Source: Haliotis rubra (Eukaryota). From it: 64,000 nucleotides of DNA. The notes beneath the pieces were generated by a model. The model made no database searches, was not told the origin of the DNA, and saw nothing but the letters and a program-made list of their open reading frames with translations. Where the stretch lies: contig NW_025767035.1 in the NCBI RefSeq assembly GCF_003918875.1, positions 2,728,001 to 2,792,000 of the forward strand, read 5' to 3'. Positions within the stretch are counted from its first letter, which is position 1, and the number at the start of each line of letters is the position of its first letter. Of this stretch, positions 1 to 12,840 are shown one piece after another. A program made the translations under genes and the position numbers.

Positions 1-1168
1 AAGACAATCAATTTATCATTTGGGTAAAAACCAAGAGCACGAAAACTGTGCTGATAACCCAAGGTTCATAATCAGAATGAATCTGGGATTCGAACTCACG
101 ATCAGCGGATCCTGCCACGGACTACATGAACGGGAGGCTGAGGTCATTCTGTACATGAAAGTACAGTTCGAAATAAATTCAGATTATAGAGCCAGGACGG
201 ATGCTAGTATTGCATCCCCGAGGGATATGGAAGCGACTAAGCGTGTATAATCTTGTATCCAGTCATTACGTTAAAGCGCGGACGTATCGGCTTATGGTAT
301 TCACTTTATGAAACAAAAAACAAGACCAGAATATTTCTGAATTACAAAATCGATATATAGACTGCAATTACTTGCTGAGAGCTGTTGAAACAATTATTTA
401 AAATATTACGATTATTCGTTAGAGGTTATATAGGGAACCAACAATCTATAAATCACACATTTCCACACAGGAACCTCATGTAAGGACAATCCAAAGTGGC
501 AGGCTTAAAATTAGAATTCGCTCGCCTGTGTTATTCTAAGAATTAGTGAGCATTTCAGCTGAAAAAGTATCCATTTTTTTATTCGTCATGAGTGTTGGAT
601 AGTATTGAAAACGTCCACGTGGGATCGATGGATTAAAGGAGCCAGGGGCGTTGAACACAGTGATTCGAGATGGACTCATTGTTACAGAGCGCACGACTGC
701 TTTTGCAGATATAGTGAAATTGCGAGAAAATTGGATCACTCACCGAACTGCATGAAGCGTCGGTGCTGTAACACAGGCTATGGGTAAACACAACGACGGT
801 TCTGTAACGCGAAATTGAATTTCCACCAGTTGCCACACTAAATTAAAAACTGATGGAATGTGTTATAGAAACACGTTGAACTTGTGTAATGTACTGAGTC
901 ACTGCCGAGAGGATGTCACGCTACAGAGACAGTCTATATACCGAGACCGGGTCGCCGGTTTAACGTACCTAGGGATGGCTGAACTTTACGACAGTGGGCC
1001 CGATTCCCAAATAGCCGCGAATTATTAGCTGCAATATTGCTGATGTGGCTTTAAGCAGCATTTACTCACTCACTCGATTCTCAGATTCCATCCGAGTGTT
1101 TGTTGGTTCGTCAGCAACATACACGTGTTTGTTAAAGGTCCACGAATCAGTTCGGGATTTCAACCCAC

Positions 1169-1500
1169 CATTGGCGGATCCAGAGGGTCGGGGTGGTGTG
1201 GTGTGTGTGTGTGTTCAGGGCTTCGACCCCCTTGGAAAATGACCCCATTCAAAGATTTTTTGCGTTCAATGGGTCCGCCCATGCCACATCAGACAGCCGA
1301 CTTTGTACAGTGGTACTNNNNNNNNNNNNNNNNNNNNNNNNNNNNNNNNNNNNNNNNNNNNNNNNNNNNNNNNNNNNNNNNNNNNNNNNNNNNNNNNNNN
1401 NNNNNNNNNNNNNNNNNNNNNNNNNNNNNNNNNNNNNNNNNNNNNNNNNNNNNNNNNNNNNNNNNNACTCCCCCTCCTCAGATTCCTGGATCGGCTCCTG
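1169..1500. mobile_element. Probable MITE spanning the first assembly gap
   Basis: GGCGGATCCAG.. / ..CTGGATCGGC inverted ends; no TSD confirmed. Confidence 0.45.
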
Positions 1501-1529
1501 ATGTTGGATATGTGTCTGCAGCAGTTAGA

Positions 1530-1800
1530 CCTAACTCCATCAGCATCCACGTGGACATGGCGTCAACTTAAACATTGACACTCCTTCTTTTAGCACTGTT
1601 AACAGGTGGGCAGCGGCGTTCAAGAGGGGATGAGAGAGCCTTGAAGATGACCCATGATCAGGAACACCTTCAACTGCAACCACTAATGACAATACTGATA
1701 CAGCGCATGATATGATCATGGATAATTAACGACTCACAGCACGGCAAAGGTCTCCTGATGAGAAACTATCCAGGTTTATTATCTCTCGTGAGAATGTAGG
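1530..1800 (+). pseudogene. Tc1/mariner transposase N-terminal (HTH) remnant
   Basis: PSFSTVNRWAAAFKRG*ESLEDDP*SGTPSTATT..AHDMIMD. Confidence 0.75.
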
Positions 1801-1933
1801 CAGGTCAGAAGCAGACCCGGCGGGTTGTGTGCAGCGATTTGTATTTCTCATGAGAGACTTGAGAACATGCCGAGGGAAGAAATGGGCAATACAAAGGTTT
1901 CAGAACGTTGGGTTGCAAGACAGCTGACTCCTG

Positions 1934-2370
1934 GGCCCGGTTCCTCAAGGCGATCGTAGCGCTAAGGTGATCGTAACTCCCATACATTAACATAGACTTA
2001 CGACTGTCGTAACAGTAAGATGATCGTAACTCACATACTTTAACATAGACTTACGACTGTCGTAGCGCTAAGATGATCGTAACTCCCATAATTTAACATA
2101 GACTTACGACTGTCGTAACGCTAAGATGATCGTAACTCGCATACTTTAACATAGACTTACGACTGTCGTAGCGCTAAGATGATCGTAACTCGCAAACTTT
2201 AACGCATACTTTAACATAGACTTACGACAGTCGTAGGGCTAAGATGATCGTTACTCCCATACTTTAACATAGACTTACGACAGTCGTAGCGCTAAGATGA
2301 TCGTAACTCGGATACTTTAACATAGACTTACGACTGTCGTAGCGATACGATCGCTTTGAGGAACGGGGCC
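1934..2370. mobile_element. Harbinger-like MITE containing an internal 53-bp tandem array (about 7 units)
   Basis: Terminal inverted repeats GGCCCGGTTCCTCAAGGCGATCGTA / TACGATCGCTTTGAGGAACGGGGCC; CTG TSD at 1931-33 and 2371-73. Confidence 0.85.
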
Positions 2371-2594
2371 CTGATCAGAAACGCTCCAAGTGTACCGTGT
2401 CTCGTAAGAAATGTCGTGGCCTTAAACAGACGCAGCTGACTTTGTTGAGCCATTTGTAGCCACAGATGAGTGTTGGTTCGCCACTATCAGCCAAAGCTGA
2501 TGGACATCTTGGCCTGTGAAGAAGGCAAAGTTTGTTTCATTCACAGGAAGAGGTATGTGATCCCCCACATTACGCTAACATGCTCAGGCAACAG

Positions 2595-2849
2595 TGAGTG
2601 AGTGAGTGAGTTTAGTTTTACGCCGCACTCAGCAATATTCCAGATATATGGCGGCGGTCTGTAAATAATCGAGCCTGGACCAGACAATCCAGTGATCAAC
2701 AGCATGAGCATCGATCTGCGCAATTGGGGACCGATGACATGTGTCAACCAAGTCAGCGAGCCTGACCACCCGATCCCGTTAGTCGCCTCTTACGACAAGC
2801 ATGGGTTCCTGAAGATCAATATTATTCTAACCCTGACCTTCACAGGTGA
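2595..2849 (-). mobile_element. Short retroposon family 2 (non-tRNA head ACCCGTGAAG.., about 250 bp)
   Basis: TSD TCAGGCAACAG; 3' tail shared with family 1. Confidence 0.88.
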
Positions 2850-3284
2850 TCAGGCAACAGAAAGAGAAGGGAATTCCAACATCCAATATATATGAGATAC
2901 ATAATAAAAAACACAGTCGACAATTACTAAACTGCAGGGGAAACATATCCTATTGCAATAGTTGGGGTGGGGGTGTGTGGGGTGGGGAGCTTTATAGGTC
3001 TGTGTGAAGTGAGCCATTGATCACGCGATCGGAATAATAACTCCTGCAAGCAGGGAGATACTTTTTAAGCGAAACCAGCTTTGAAAAAAAATCAAGTAGG
3101 AATCACGCGGGCGCCTGGAGAAAGAGTTGTTGGGATGATTTATAGCGTCCGTGATTATTGTCGTGAGGAGAAGTGGGCGAACGTCATACATTTCTTGGTG
3201 TCTTTTCAAGTGACGGTGTGATTATACAGCTTTGAATGGAGTAAATCTGTTCATTTTCTTCGGGGATGTGCTGTCACACTCTGT

Positions 3285-3600
3285 GTGTCTTACAACGTGT
3301 CACATGTAACAATCTGTGTGTGTGCCCAATATGTGTGTCTTATATTATGCGTGCGTGCGTGCGTGTTGTACTGTGTGTCCAATATGTGTGTCTTACATTA
3401 TGCGTGCGTGCGTGTTGTACTGCGTGTGTCCAATATGTGTGTCTTATATTATGCGTGCGTGCGTGTTGTACTGTGTGTGTGTCACAACATGTGTGCCTTC
3501 TATGATGCGTGCGAATTATACTGCGTGTGTGTTACAGTATGTATGCTTTATATCGTGCGTGCGCGCGTGTGTTATAACGTATATATGACACACGCAGAGT
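3285..3600. repeat. Low-complexity (TG/GCGT) repeat with units of about 60 bp
   Basis: CCAATATGTGTGTCTTATATTATGCGTGCGTG recurs. Confidence 0.8.
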
Positions 3601-4352
3601 GTCACACAGGTGCTCCATCCATATACTCCTCGGGGTTTGGGTTTTATTTGTCTCTGTGTGTGTGTGTGTGTGGGAGAGTTGGTTGCATTTTCGCCATGTG
3701 GAAACTTTTTCTTGAGATTGTCGAGACTGGGCACTAATTTTATATATTTACCCACACAAAGCGATTGCAAAGCACACATACTGAGACACACAGGATGTGC
3801 ATGTGGTCCGTCCATGTAACCTTCACCACTATGTTGCTTTCGCACCAAATGGAAACCGTTTCTGAGTCAAGTCTGAACACCGATGTCTTATATGTGTGTC
3901 ATACAATGTGTCAACGCGAATCAGTCAGTTTTTAGAATAAATTGGAATATTGGAATGGTATCAAGTTTCAGCTGCTCCTCGCGAATCCCGCCATTCCAAT
4001 CATCCGCGTTACTGTTTACTGCTGTAGCTATCAGTATTAAGTCACAATGGACACAGCTCGCTCACTCACTCACTCTATTTGCAAATACACATGTACCACT
4101 GTAATGAAGAAAAGTGTATTTTTGAGAAACGTTATGCTTGTAACTAAAATGTGTGCAGACTTGGTCTGGTCGCTATATATCGCTGAAAGAATGCTGTTGC
4201 GACGTAAAGCTTCAACTCACTCACTCACACTGGGCACACAAATAATGAGTTATATATAACTACCTACTGAAATATTTCTGTTAAATAAAACGGCATAAAA
4301 CTGAACTCACTCACTCACTGTTAAATAAAAAAACAACCTGCCCCATTATAAG

Positions 4353-4740
4353 TAGGGCTGCGCAATATAACCGGTTTACCGGTATTTACCGGTTCAGACA
4401 TGAAAACGATACGTATTGCGATACGCTGATCGAAAACCGGTATTTTGACTTGCATTCAGAAAACTTCTTAACACTCGGAAATCTTCGAATATTTCCTTGT
4501 TTCATTTGTGCAAAATATTATTTACATTTCTATTTTATCATGATGAAGAGTCGTTATTAAAGCTTAATCAAGCATATCGATTTTGCTGTGTTTTTGCTCT
4601 ATAAATCAAGCATTAACTCGATTATAAGTAGTTTTTTGTTTAAAAATACTTCATGCAATATATTGCAATACATATCGCAATACATGCTTTCGCATCGCAA
4701 TATATTGCAATATGAAAATTCTCTGCAATACCCACCCCTA
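4353..4740. mobile_element. hAT-like MITE
   Basis: TAGGG..CCCTA termini; 8-bp TSD ATTATAAG at 4345-52 and 4741-48. Confidence 0.75.
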
Positions 4741-5164
4741 ATTATAAGTATACCCCGTGTTACCTACACATGGCGTCACAGCCCGATACTGACGGAATGT
4801 TTCGATATCTGCCGCCCTGTTAATTTCAGTAGAGTATTCACCATCAGTATCCTCTTCTGGACATCGTGGGATTCTCACAGCTGTGATTCCGCTTTCACGA
4901 CACTGACATAATGCATGTGTTCCAGTTATGTAGGCTCAAACTTGCTACCGTCAGCAATAGATCTGCACGTGTGTCGTGTAGCCTAAACATTACGATCCAT
5001 CAGTGTCAGAGATTGACAATCAGGTTGACGGCAACGGCAATAACTACGGGCAACGACATCGTTGTTGTCTTGGTCTTACTTTACGTTATGTATAAATGCC
5101 ACCTCTCTTTACTATGATTTCCCGTGAGATCTGTGAAACACAATAGTGACTGACACTGCATGAC

Positions 5165-5685
5165 ACATCCTCACTGACATGGACACTGTGTCACGATCTC
5201 ACTGACATGAACACTGTGTGACGATCTCCCTGACATGGACACTGTGTAATGACCTCACTGACATGGACAATGTGTAATGACCTCACTGACGTGGACACTG
5301 TGTGACGATCTCCCTGACATGGACACTGTGTAATGACCTCACTGACGTGGACACTGTGTGACGACCTCACTGACATGGACACTGTGTGACGACCTCACTG
5401 ATATAGACACTGTGTGACGACCTCACTGATATAGACACTGTGTGAAGACCTCACTGACATGGACACTGTGTGACGATCTCACTGACATGGACACTGTGTG
5501 AAGATCTCACTGACATGGACACTGTGTGACGACCTCACTGACATAGACACTGTGTGACGACCTCACTGATATAGACACTGTGTGAAGACCTCACTGACAT
5601 AGACACTGTGTGACGACCTCACTGACATAGACACTGTGTGACGACCTCACTGATATAGACACTGTGTGACGACCTCACTGATATT
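5165..5685. repeat. 28-bp minisatellite, about 18 units
   Basis: CACTGACATGGACACTGTGTGACGACCT. Confidence 0.95.
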
Positions 5686-6829
5686 GAAGATTGCTCGACG
5701 ATTTCATATATTTATATCCAGTTCTCAGTGCATTACCAAATCCATTAGTACAATGTCTCCTCAACGATGATAAAGTACCCAAGACTGTTCTATACCAACG
5801 TTCTACAAGCGCTTTTACTTCAAGTCACCAGCATCACTTTACGAGCAGAATCCACTGCATATCTCGCCCAGCTGGCCATATTTCATCTCCGTAATAACCT
5901 CCACACAATACATGAAGACAGAGGCGTCACACGTCACAACTACAACATTGCCCATTACATACTTGCCCATCACACGAAATAATGTCTAACTAAATCTTAA
6001 ACAAAACAGAAATAAAAATTATCCAATAAGTTATAGATAATTTCACTGAATACATTACCGGAAAATTTTCTTTTGAAAGTAATGAAAATCCACCGTGGGT
6101 TATCTTTATGTGAAGAATACAGAGCTCACAAGTTAGAGGCACAGATATAATTTGCCATTACTTCTCAAGACTATTTACAGCTTCTCTGTTCCTACTGCAG
6201 AACAAGGCCAGCGGAAGTCATAATTCCGTTCACAGATCAGAGCCAACAGCCATGGAGCCAGATGATGGTGCCGTCCGTATCACACGTCACGGGCAGAATG
6301 AGAGGGATGGGGTCCTAGCGTGTGATGCCACCCCTCGGGTGTTACTTTTATAAATGCAGGACATGGAATCTCATGTCTGACTGACTCCCCCATCACAAAT
6401 GACCACAAGAGTGTTCATGTGCGTGCCAGGAGTGAATCTTTACCTTCTCATCCATCTCGGTCAGCCAGAACGGCTGGCCCTTAAGCAGCAGTGCGACACT
6501 TCGTGAGCCGGTGGTCATCATCATATTTCGTTGGCCATGTCTACGGAGCTTCATCAACGCTGTCCACCTAATAGGGTGTTTGCGAGGTAATACGAGAGAA
6601 GTAATTCATTCGGAATGACGTGGGATGGTCCTCTGTGAGAGTAAACACTTGCAATTGATCACGTGTACTTTACTATTCAAGGGTTAATTGTGAGGGGATT
6701 ATTCAGCGAATAAAGACGGAAAGGGATTATTAAATCTAAAGTGTACTTATAAGTTAATAATGAAACCGGGCTCCTGAAACGTAGCAGCGAGGTAATTGAC
6801 TTTATCAAGAGTAATGTCCACTGTTCACT

Positions 6830-8750
6830 GTCCACTCCACTCGCCGGAATTAAGACTTCTCAGCCGTCTCTAGGGTTTGGGACAAGATGGTTGTGTACAT
6901 TCCTCTATCTCACTCGCCAGAATTAAGACTCCTCTGCTGTCTCTAGGGTTTGGGACAAGATGGTTGTGTATATTCCTCTATCCCACTTCCCGGAATTAAG
7001 TCTCCTCTGCCGTCTCTAGGGTTTGGGACAAGATGGTTGTGTACATTCCTCTATCTCACTTGCCGGAATTAAGACTCCTCTGCCGTCTCTAGGGTTTGGG
7101 ACAAGATGGTTGTGTACACTCCTCTATCCCACTTCCCGGAAATAAGTCTCCTCTGCCGTCTCTAGGGTTGGGACAAGGTGGTTGTGTACATTCCCCTATC
7201 CCACTTCCCGGAATTAAGACTCCTCTGCCGTCTCTAGGGTTTGGGACAAGATGGTTGTGTACATTCCTCTATCTCACTTGTCGGAATTAAGACTCCTTTG
7301 CTGCCTCTAGGGTTTGGGACAAGATGGTTGTGTACATTCCTCTATCTCACTTGCCGGAATTCAGACTCCTTTGCTGCCTCTTGGGTTGGGACAAAATGGT
7401 TGTGTACATTCCTCTATCTCACTTGCAGGAATTAAGACTTATCTGCCGTCTCTAGGGTTTTGGACAAGATGGTTGTGTACATTCCTCTATCCCACTTGCC
7501 GGAATTAAGACTCCTCTGCCGTCTCTAGGATTGGGACAAATGGTTGTGAACACTCCTCTATCTCACTTGCCGGAATTAAGACTCCTCTGCCGTCTCTAGG
7601 GTTTGGGACAAGATGGTTGTGTACATTCCTCTATCCCACTTGCCGGAAATAGGACTCCTCTGCCGTCTCTAGGGTTTGGGACAAGATGGTTGTGTACATT
7701 CCTCTATCTCACTTGCCGGAATTAAGACTCCTCTGCCGTCTCTAGGGTTGGGACAAGATGGTTGTGTACACTCCTCTATCTCACTTGCCGGAATTAAGAC
7801 TTATCTGTCGTCTCTAGGGTTGGGACAAGATGGTTGTGTACATTCCTCTATCTCACTTGCCGGAATTAAGACTCCTCTGCTGTCTCTAGGGTTTGGGACA
7901 AGATGGTTGTGTACATTCCTCTATCTCACTTGCCGGAATTCAGACTTATCTGCCGCCTCTAGGGTTTGGGACAAGATGGTTGTGTACATTCCTCTATCTC
8001 ACTTGCCGGAATTAAGACTTATCTGCCGTCTCTAGGGTTTTGGGACAAGATGGTTGTATACACTCCTCTATCTCACTTCCAGGAATTAAGACTCCTCTGC
8101 TGTCTCTAGGGTTTGGGACAAGATGGTTGTGTACACTCCTCTATCTCACTTGCCGGAATTAAGACTCCTCTGCCGTCTCTAGGGTTTGGGACAAGATGGT
8201 TGTGTACATTCCTCTATCTCACTTGCCGGAATTAAGACTCCTCTGCCGTCTCTAGGGTTTGGGACAAGATGGTTGTGTACACTCCTCTATCTCACTTGCC
8301 GGAATTAAGACTCCTCTGCCGTCTCTAGGGTTTGGGACAAGATGGTTGTGTACATTCCTCTATCTCACTTCCAGGAATTAAGACTTATCTGCCGTCTCTA
8401 GGGTTTGGGACAAGATGGTTGTGTACACTCCTCTATCTCACTTGCCGGAATTAAGACTTATCTGCCGTCTCTAGGGTTTGGGACAAGATGGTTGTATACA
8501 CTCCTCTATCTCACTCGCCGGAATAAAGACTCCTCTGCTGTCTCTAGGATAGGGACAAGATGGTTGTGTACATTCCTCTATCTCACTCGCCGGAATTATG
8601 ACTCCTCTGCCGTCTCTAGGGTTTGGGACAAGATGGTTGTATACACTCCTCTATCTCACTTGCCGGAATTATGACTCCTCTGCTGTCTCGAGAGTTTGGG
8701 ACAAGATGGTTGTCTACATTCCTCTATCCCACTTGCCGGAATTAAAACTT
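6830..8750. repeat. 72-74-bp tandem repeat, about 26 units
   Basis: CACTTGCCGGAATTAAGACTCCTCTGCCGTCTCTAGGGTTTGGGACAAGATGGTTGTGTACATTCCTCTATCT. Confidence 0.95.
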
Positions 8751-10019
8751 CACTTTGTATCTGAGTAATTCATTCATAGTCCACTTAGCTCGTTATTCGT
8801 AACTTCGACAGAAATAGCAGCTGGTAGAAACCATAGTATAATGTTTGGAGCGGTAACATGTCTATCACACCTGAGCACCGGCAGTGCGACCTGAGCTGAG
8901 TCAAGCGTATGACAGGTGTTGATGAATGCATTAATATTTTACAATCGCTGATTGCAGATGAACCAGATTAACAATAAATTAAACTGGTTTGGTCGATGTT
9001 ATTCCCAGCAGTTATGTCATGGAGAACACGGTACCAGTGTATGTGATTCGTGGTAACATGGTAATAAAAGGGGGAGAGATTCCAAGACTGACCTTGGTTT
9101 TAAGTAGAACGCATGGGAACTGCCTCAAGATGAGCAGATGGCTATCGCCAGCAGTGTTCCGGCCATATATGTAGGTCACATTACACATACAATGACACTG
9201 AGGTTCGATGTTTGATGGTCGAGCTTATTCCCACGGCGTTGTCTTGACAAATGATATGAGCTATTCCGACAGGTATTTATTATTGAACTCCGTAATCATG
9301 TGTATAATGACTAATGCAAGAAGCTGAGGACTTACCATTGGCACCATTGCAACTAATGACTGACTTGGGCGTTAAACAATTGATCCGAGGAATTTGATTT
9401 ATCAAGTGTCATCATGAATGCAGTTGGCAAATTTAAAGAGGTACATTTCATAGAGTGTGTCGTGAGATATTTCTGTTTCCTTTTTGAAAGGCGTTGGGGT
9501 AGTTTAGAGATTCAAGTGTTCGCTCGTCGGGTTGAAGACACTGGTTCGATTCCGTACAATGTATAAACGCCCATTTCTTGTGTCTGATATTGCAGTAATA
9601 ATGTCAAATACGACGTAACTCACTCAGTCACTCAATACGCTATTACTTTGACATTCAAAATATATATCTAGCACAAATATCGACATTAAAAGCCAGAATT
9701 AGTCCGGCGGGACTTTTTGGTTCACGGGGCTGTCTTTTACAGTGATCGATAAAAGAATATGGAAGTGCGACTGTGTCATTGTTCTATTCCACAGTGTACA
9801 CGTCGCCTGGTTTAACACTGGATGCTCACCATGGGTGAAGGAACGACCGACCATGCCAGTGTAAGGCCTACATAATGACTCATATCCACAACTTGTACCG
9901 TTGTATTGTTGTGCAAATTCCATTCAGATTCTGGATCTCATGCTGAGCTCTTGCCTGCAAAACTTTACTTTCCACTTGAATCCATCACTTAGACTTTTAG
10001 TTCTAAGATCCCAACTGCC

Positions 10020-12840
10020 TAGCAGTCTTGTGGGTAAAGTGGTGAGGAAGTCATAAGGTTAAGACGGTGAGCGGTGAGGTAGTTCTGTGGGTAAAGTGGT
10101 GTGGTAGTCGTGTGGATAAACTGGTGAGGTAGTCCTGTGGGCAAAGCGGTGAAGTAGTCCTGTGGGTAAAGCAGTGATGTAGTTCTGTGGATAAAGCAGT
10201 GATGTAGCCTTGTGGGTAAAGCAGTGATGTAGTCCTGTGGGTAAAGCGGTGAAGTAATCCTGTGGGTAAAGCAGTGAGGTAGTTCTGTGGGTAAAGTGGT
10301 GAGGTAGTCTTGTGGCCAAAGCAGTGAAGTAGTCCTGTGGGTAAAGTGGTGAGGTAATCCTGTGGGTAAAGCGGCAAAGTAGTCCTGTGGGTGAAGCGGT
10401 GAAGTAGTCCTGTGGGTAAAGTGGTGTGGTAGTCCTGTGGGTAAAGCGGTGAAGTAGTCCTGTGGGTAAAGTGGTGTGGTAGTCCAGTGGGTAAGGTGGT
10501 GTGGTAGTCCTGTGGGTAAAGCAGTGAGGTAGTCCTGTGGGTAAAGTGGTGAAGTAGTCCTGTGGGTAAAGCGGTGATGTAGTCCTGTGGGTAAAGTGGT
10601 GAGGGAATCCTGTGGGTAAAGCGGTGAAGTAGTCCTAAGGGTAAAGTGGTGTGGTAGTCCTGTGGGTAAGGTGGTGATGTAGTCGTGTGGGTAAAGCAGT
10701 AATGTAGTCCTGTGGGTAAAGCGGTGATGTAGTCCTGTGGGTAAAGTGGTGAGGTAGTTCTATGGGTAAAGTGGTGAGGAAGTCCTGTGGGCAAAGCGGT
10801 GAAGTAGTCCTGTGGGTAAAGTGGTGAGGTAGTCCTGTGGGTAAAGTGGTGAGGTAGTTCTATGGGTAAAGTGGTGAAGTAGTCCTGTGGGTAAAGCGGT
10901 GAAGTAGTCCTGTGGGCAAAGTGGTGTGGTAGTCCTGTGGGTAAAGTGGTGTGGTAGTCCTGTTGGTAAAGCGGTGTGGTAGTCCTGTGGGTAAAGCGGT
11001 GAGGTAGTTCTATGGGTAAAGTGGTGAGGTAGTTCTGTGGGTAAAGCGGTGAAGTAGTCCTGTGGGTGAAGCAGTGAAGTAATCCTGTGGGTACAGCAGT
11101 GATGTAGTCCTGTGGGTAAAGCATTGAAGTAGTCCTGTGGGTAACGTGGTGAGGTAGTCCTGTGGGTAAAGTGGTAAGTCATGTGGGTAAAAGTGAAGTA
11201 GTCGTGTGGGTAAAGCAGTGAGGTAGTCCTGTGGGTAAAGTGGTGTGGTAGTCCTGTGGGTAAAGTGGTGATGTAGTCCTGTTGGTAAAGTGGTGAGGTA
11301 GTCCTGTGGGTAAAGTGTTGAGGTAGTCCTGTGGGTAAAGTGGTGAGGTAGTCCTGTGGGTAAAGTGGTGAGGTAGTTCTATGGGTAAAGTGGTGAGGTA
11401 GTTCTATGGGTAAAGTGGTGAGGTAGTTCTGTGGGTAAAGCGGTGAAGTAGTCCTGTGGGTGAAGCAGTGAAGTAATCCTGTGGGTACAGCAGTGATGTA
11501 GTCCTGTGGGTAACGTGGTGAGGTAGTCCTGTGGGTAAAGTGGTGATGTAGTCGTGTTGGTAAAGCGGTGATGTAGTCGTGTGAGTAAAGCGATGAGGTA
11601 GTCGTGTTGGTAAAGCGGTGATGTAGTCGTGTGGGTAAAGTGGTGAGGTAGTCATGTGGGTAAAGCAGTGATGTAGTCGTGTGGGTAAAGCAGTGATGTA
11701 GTCATGTGGGTAAAACGGTGATGTAGTCGTGTGGGTAAAACGATGATGTAGTCCTGTGGGTAAAACGATGATGTAGTCCTGTGGGTAAAGTGGTGAGGTA
11801 GTCGTGTGGGTAAAGTGGTGAGGTAGTTCTGTGGGTAAAGTGGTGATGTAGTCGTGTGGGTAAAGCGGTGATGTAGTCGTGTGGGCAAAGTGTGAGGTAG
11901 TCCTGTGGGTAAAGTGGTGATGTAGTCGTGTGGGTAAAGCGGTGAGGTAGTCGTGTGAGTAAAGCGGTGATGTGGTCGTGTGGGTAAAACGATGAGGTAG
12001 TCCTGTGGGTAGAGCGGTGAGGTAATCCTGTGGGTAAAGCGGTGATGTAGTCCTGTGGGTAAAGCGGTGAAGTAGTCCTGTGGGTAAAGTGGTGATGTTG
12101 TCCTGTGGGTAAAGTGGTGATGTAGTCCTGTAGGTAAAACGGTGAGGTAGTCCCGTGGGTAAAGTGGTGAAGTAGTCCTGTGGGTAAAGTGGTGATGTAG
12201 TCCTGTGGGTAAAGCGGTGAGGTAGTTCTGTGTATAAAGCAGTGAAGTAATCCTGTGTGTAATTTGGTGATGTAGTCCTGTGGGTAAAGTGGTGAAGTAG
12301 TCCTGTTGGTAAAGTGGTGATGTAGTCCTGTGGGTAAAGTGGTGATGTAGTCCTGTGGGTAAAGTGGTGAAGTAGTCCTGTGGGTAAAGCGGTGTGGTAG
12401 TCCTGTGGGTAAAGCAGTAATGTAATCCTATGGGTAAAAGTGAAGAAGTCCTGTTGGTAAAAGTGAAGTGGTCGTGTGGGTAAAGCAGTGAGGTAGTCCT
12501 GTGGGTAAAGTGGTGTGGTAGTCCTGTGGGTAAAGTGGTGATGTAGTCCTGTTGGTAAAGTGGTGAGGTAGTCCTGTGGGTAAAGTGGTGAGGTAGTCCT
12601 GTGGGTAAAGTGGTGAGGTAGTCCTGTGGGTAAAGTGGTGAGCTAGTCCAGCGGGTAAAGCAGTAATGTAATCCTATTGGTAAAAGTGAAGAAGTAGTCG
12701 TGTGGGTAAAGCGGTGGTGTAGTCCTGTGGGTAAAGCAGTGAAGTAATCCTCTGTGTAAAGTGGTGAGGAACTTTTATGGGTGAAGTGGTGAGGTAGTCC
12801 TATGGGTAAAACGGTGAAGTTGTCCAATGGATAAAGCGTT
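10020..12840. repeat. 25-bp satellite, about 110 units
   Basis: GTAGTCCTGTGGGTAAAGTGGTGAG with variants. Confidence 0.97.

Noticed and set aside
7096-8674. Repeated MGQDGCVHSS ORFs
   Set aside because: Translations of a 72-74-bp repeat with constant frameshifts.
10051-12827. Long ORFs (357 and 391 aa) as genes
   Set aside because: They are products of a 25-bp satellite, with overlapping frames giving the same peptide; no splice or domain evidence.
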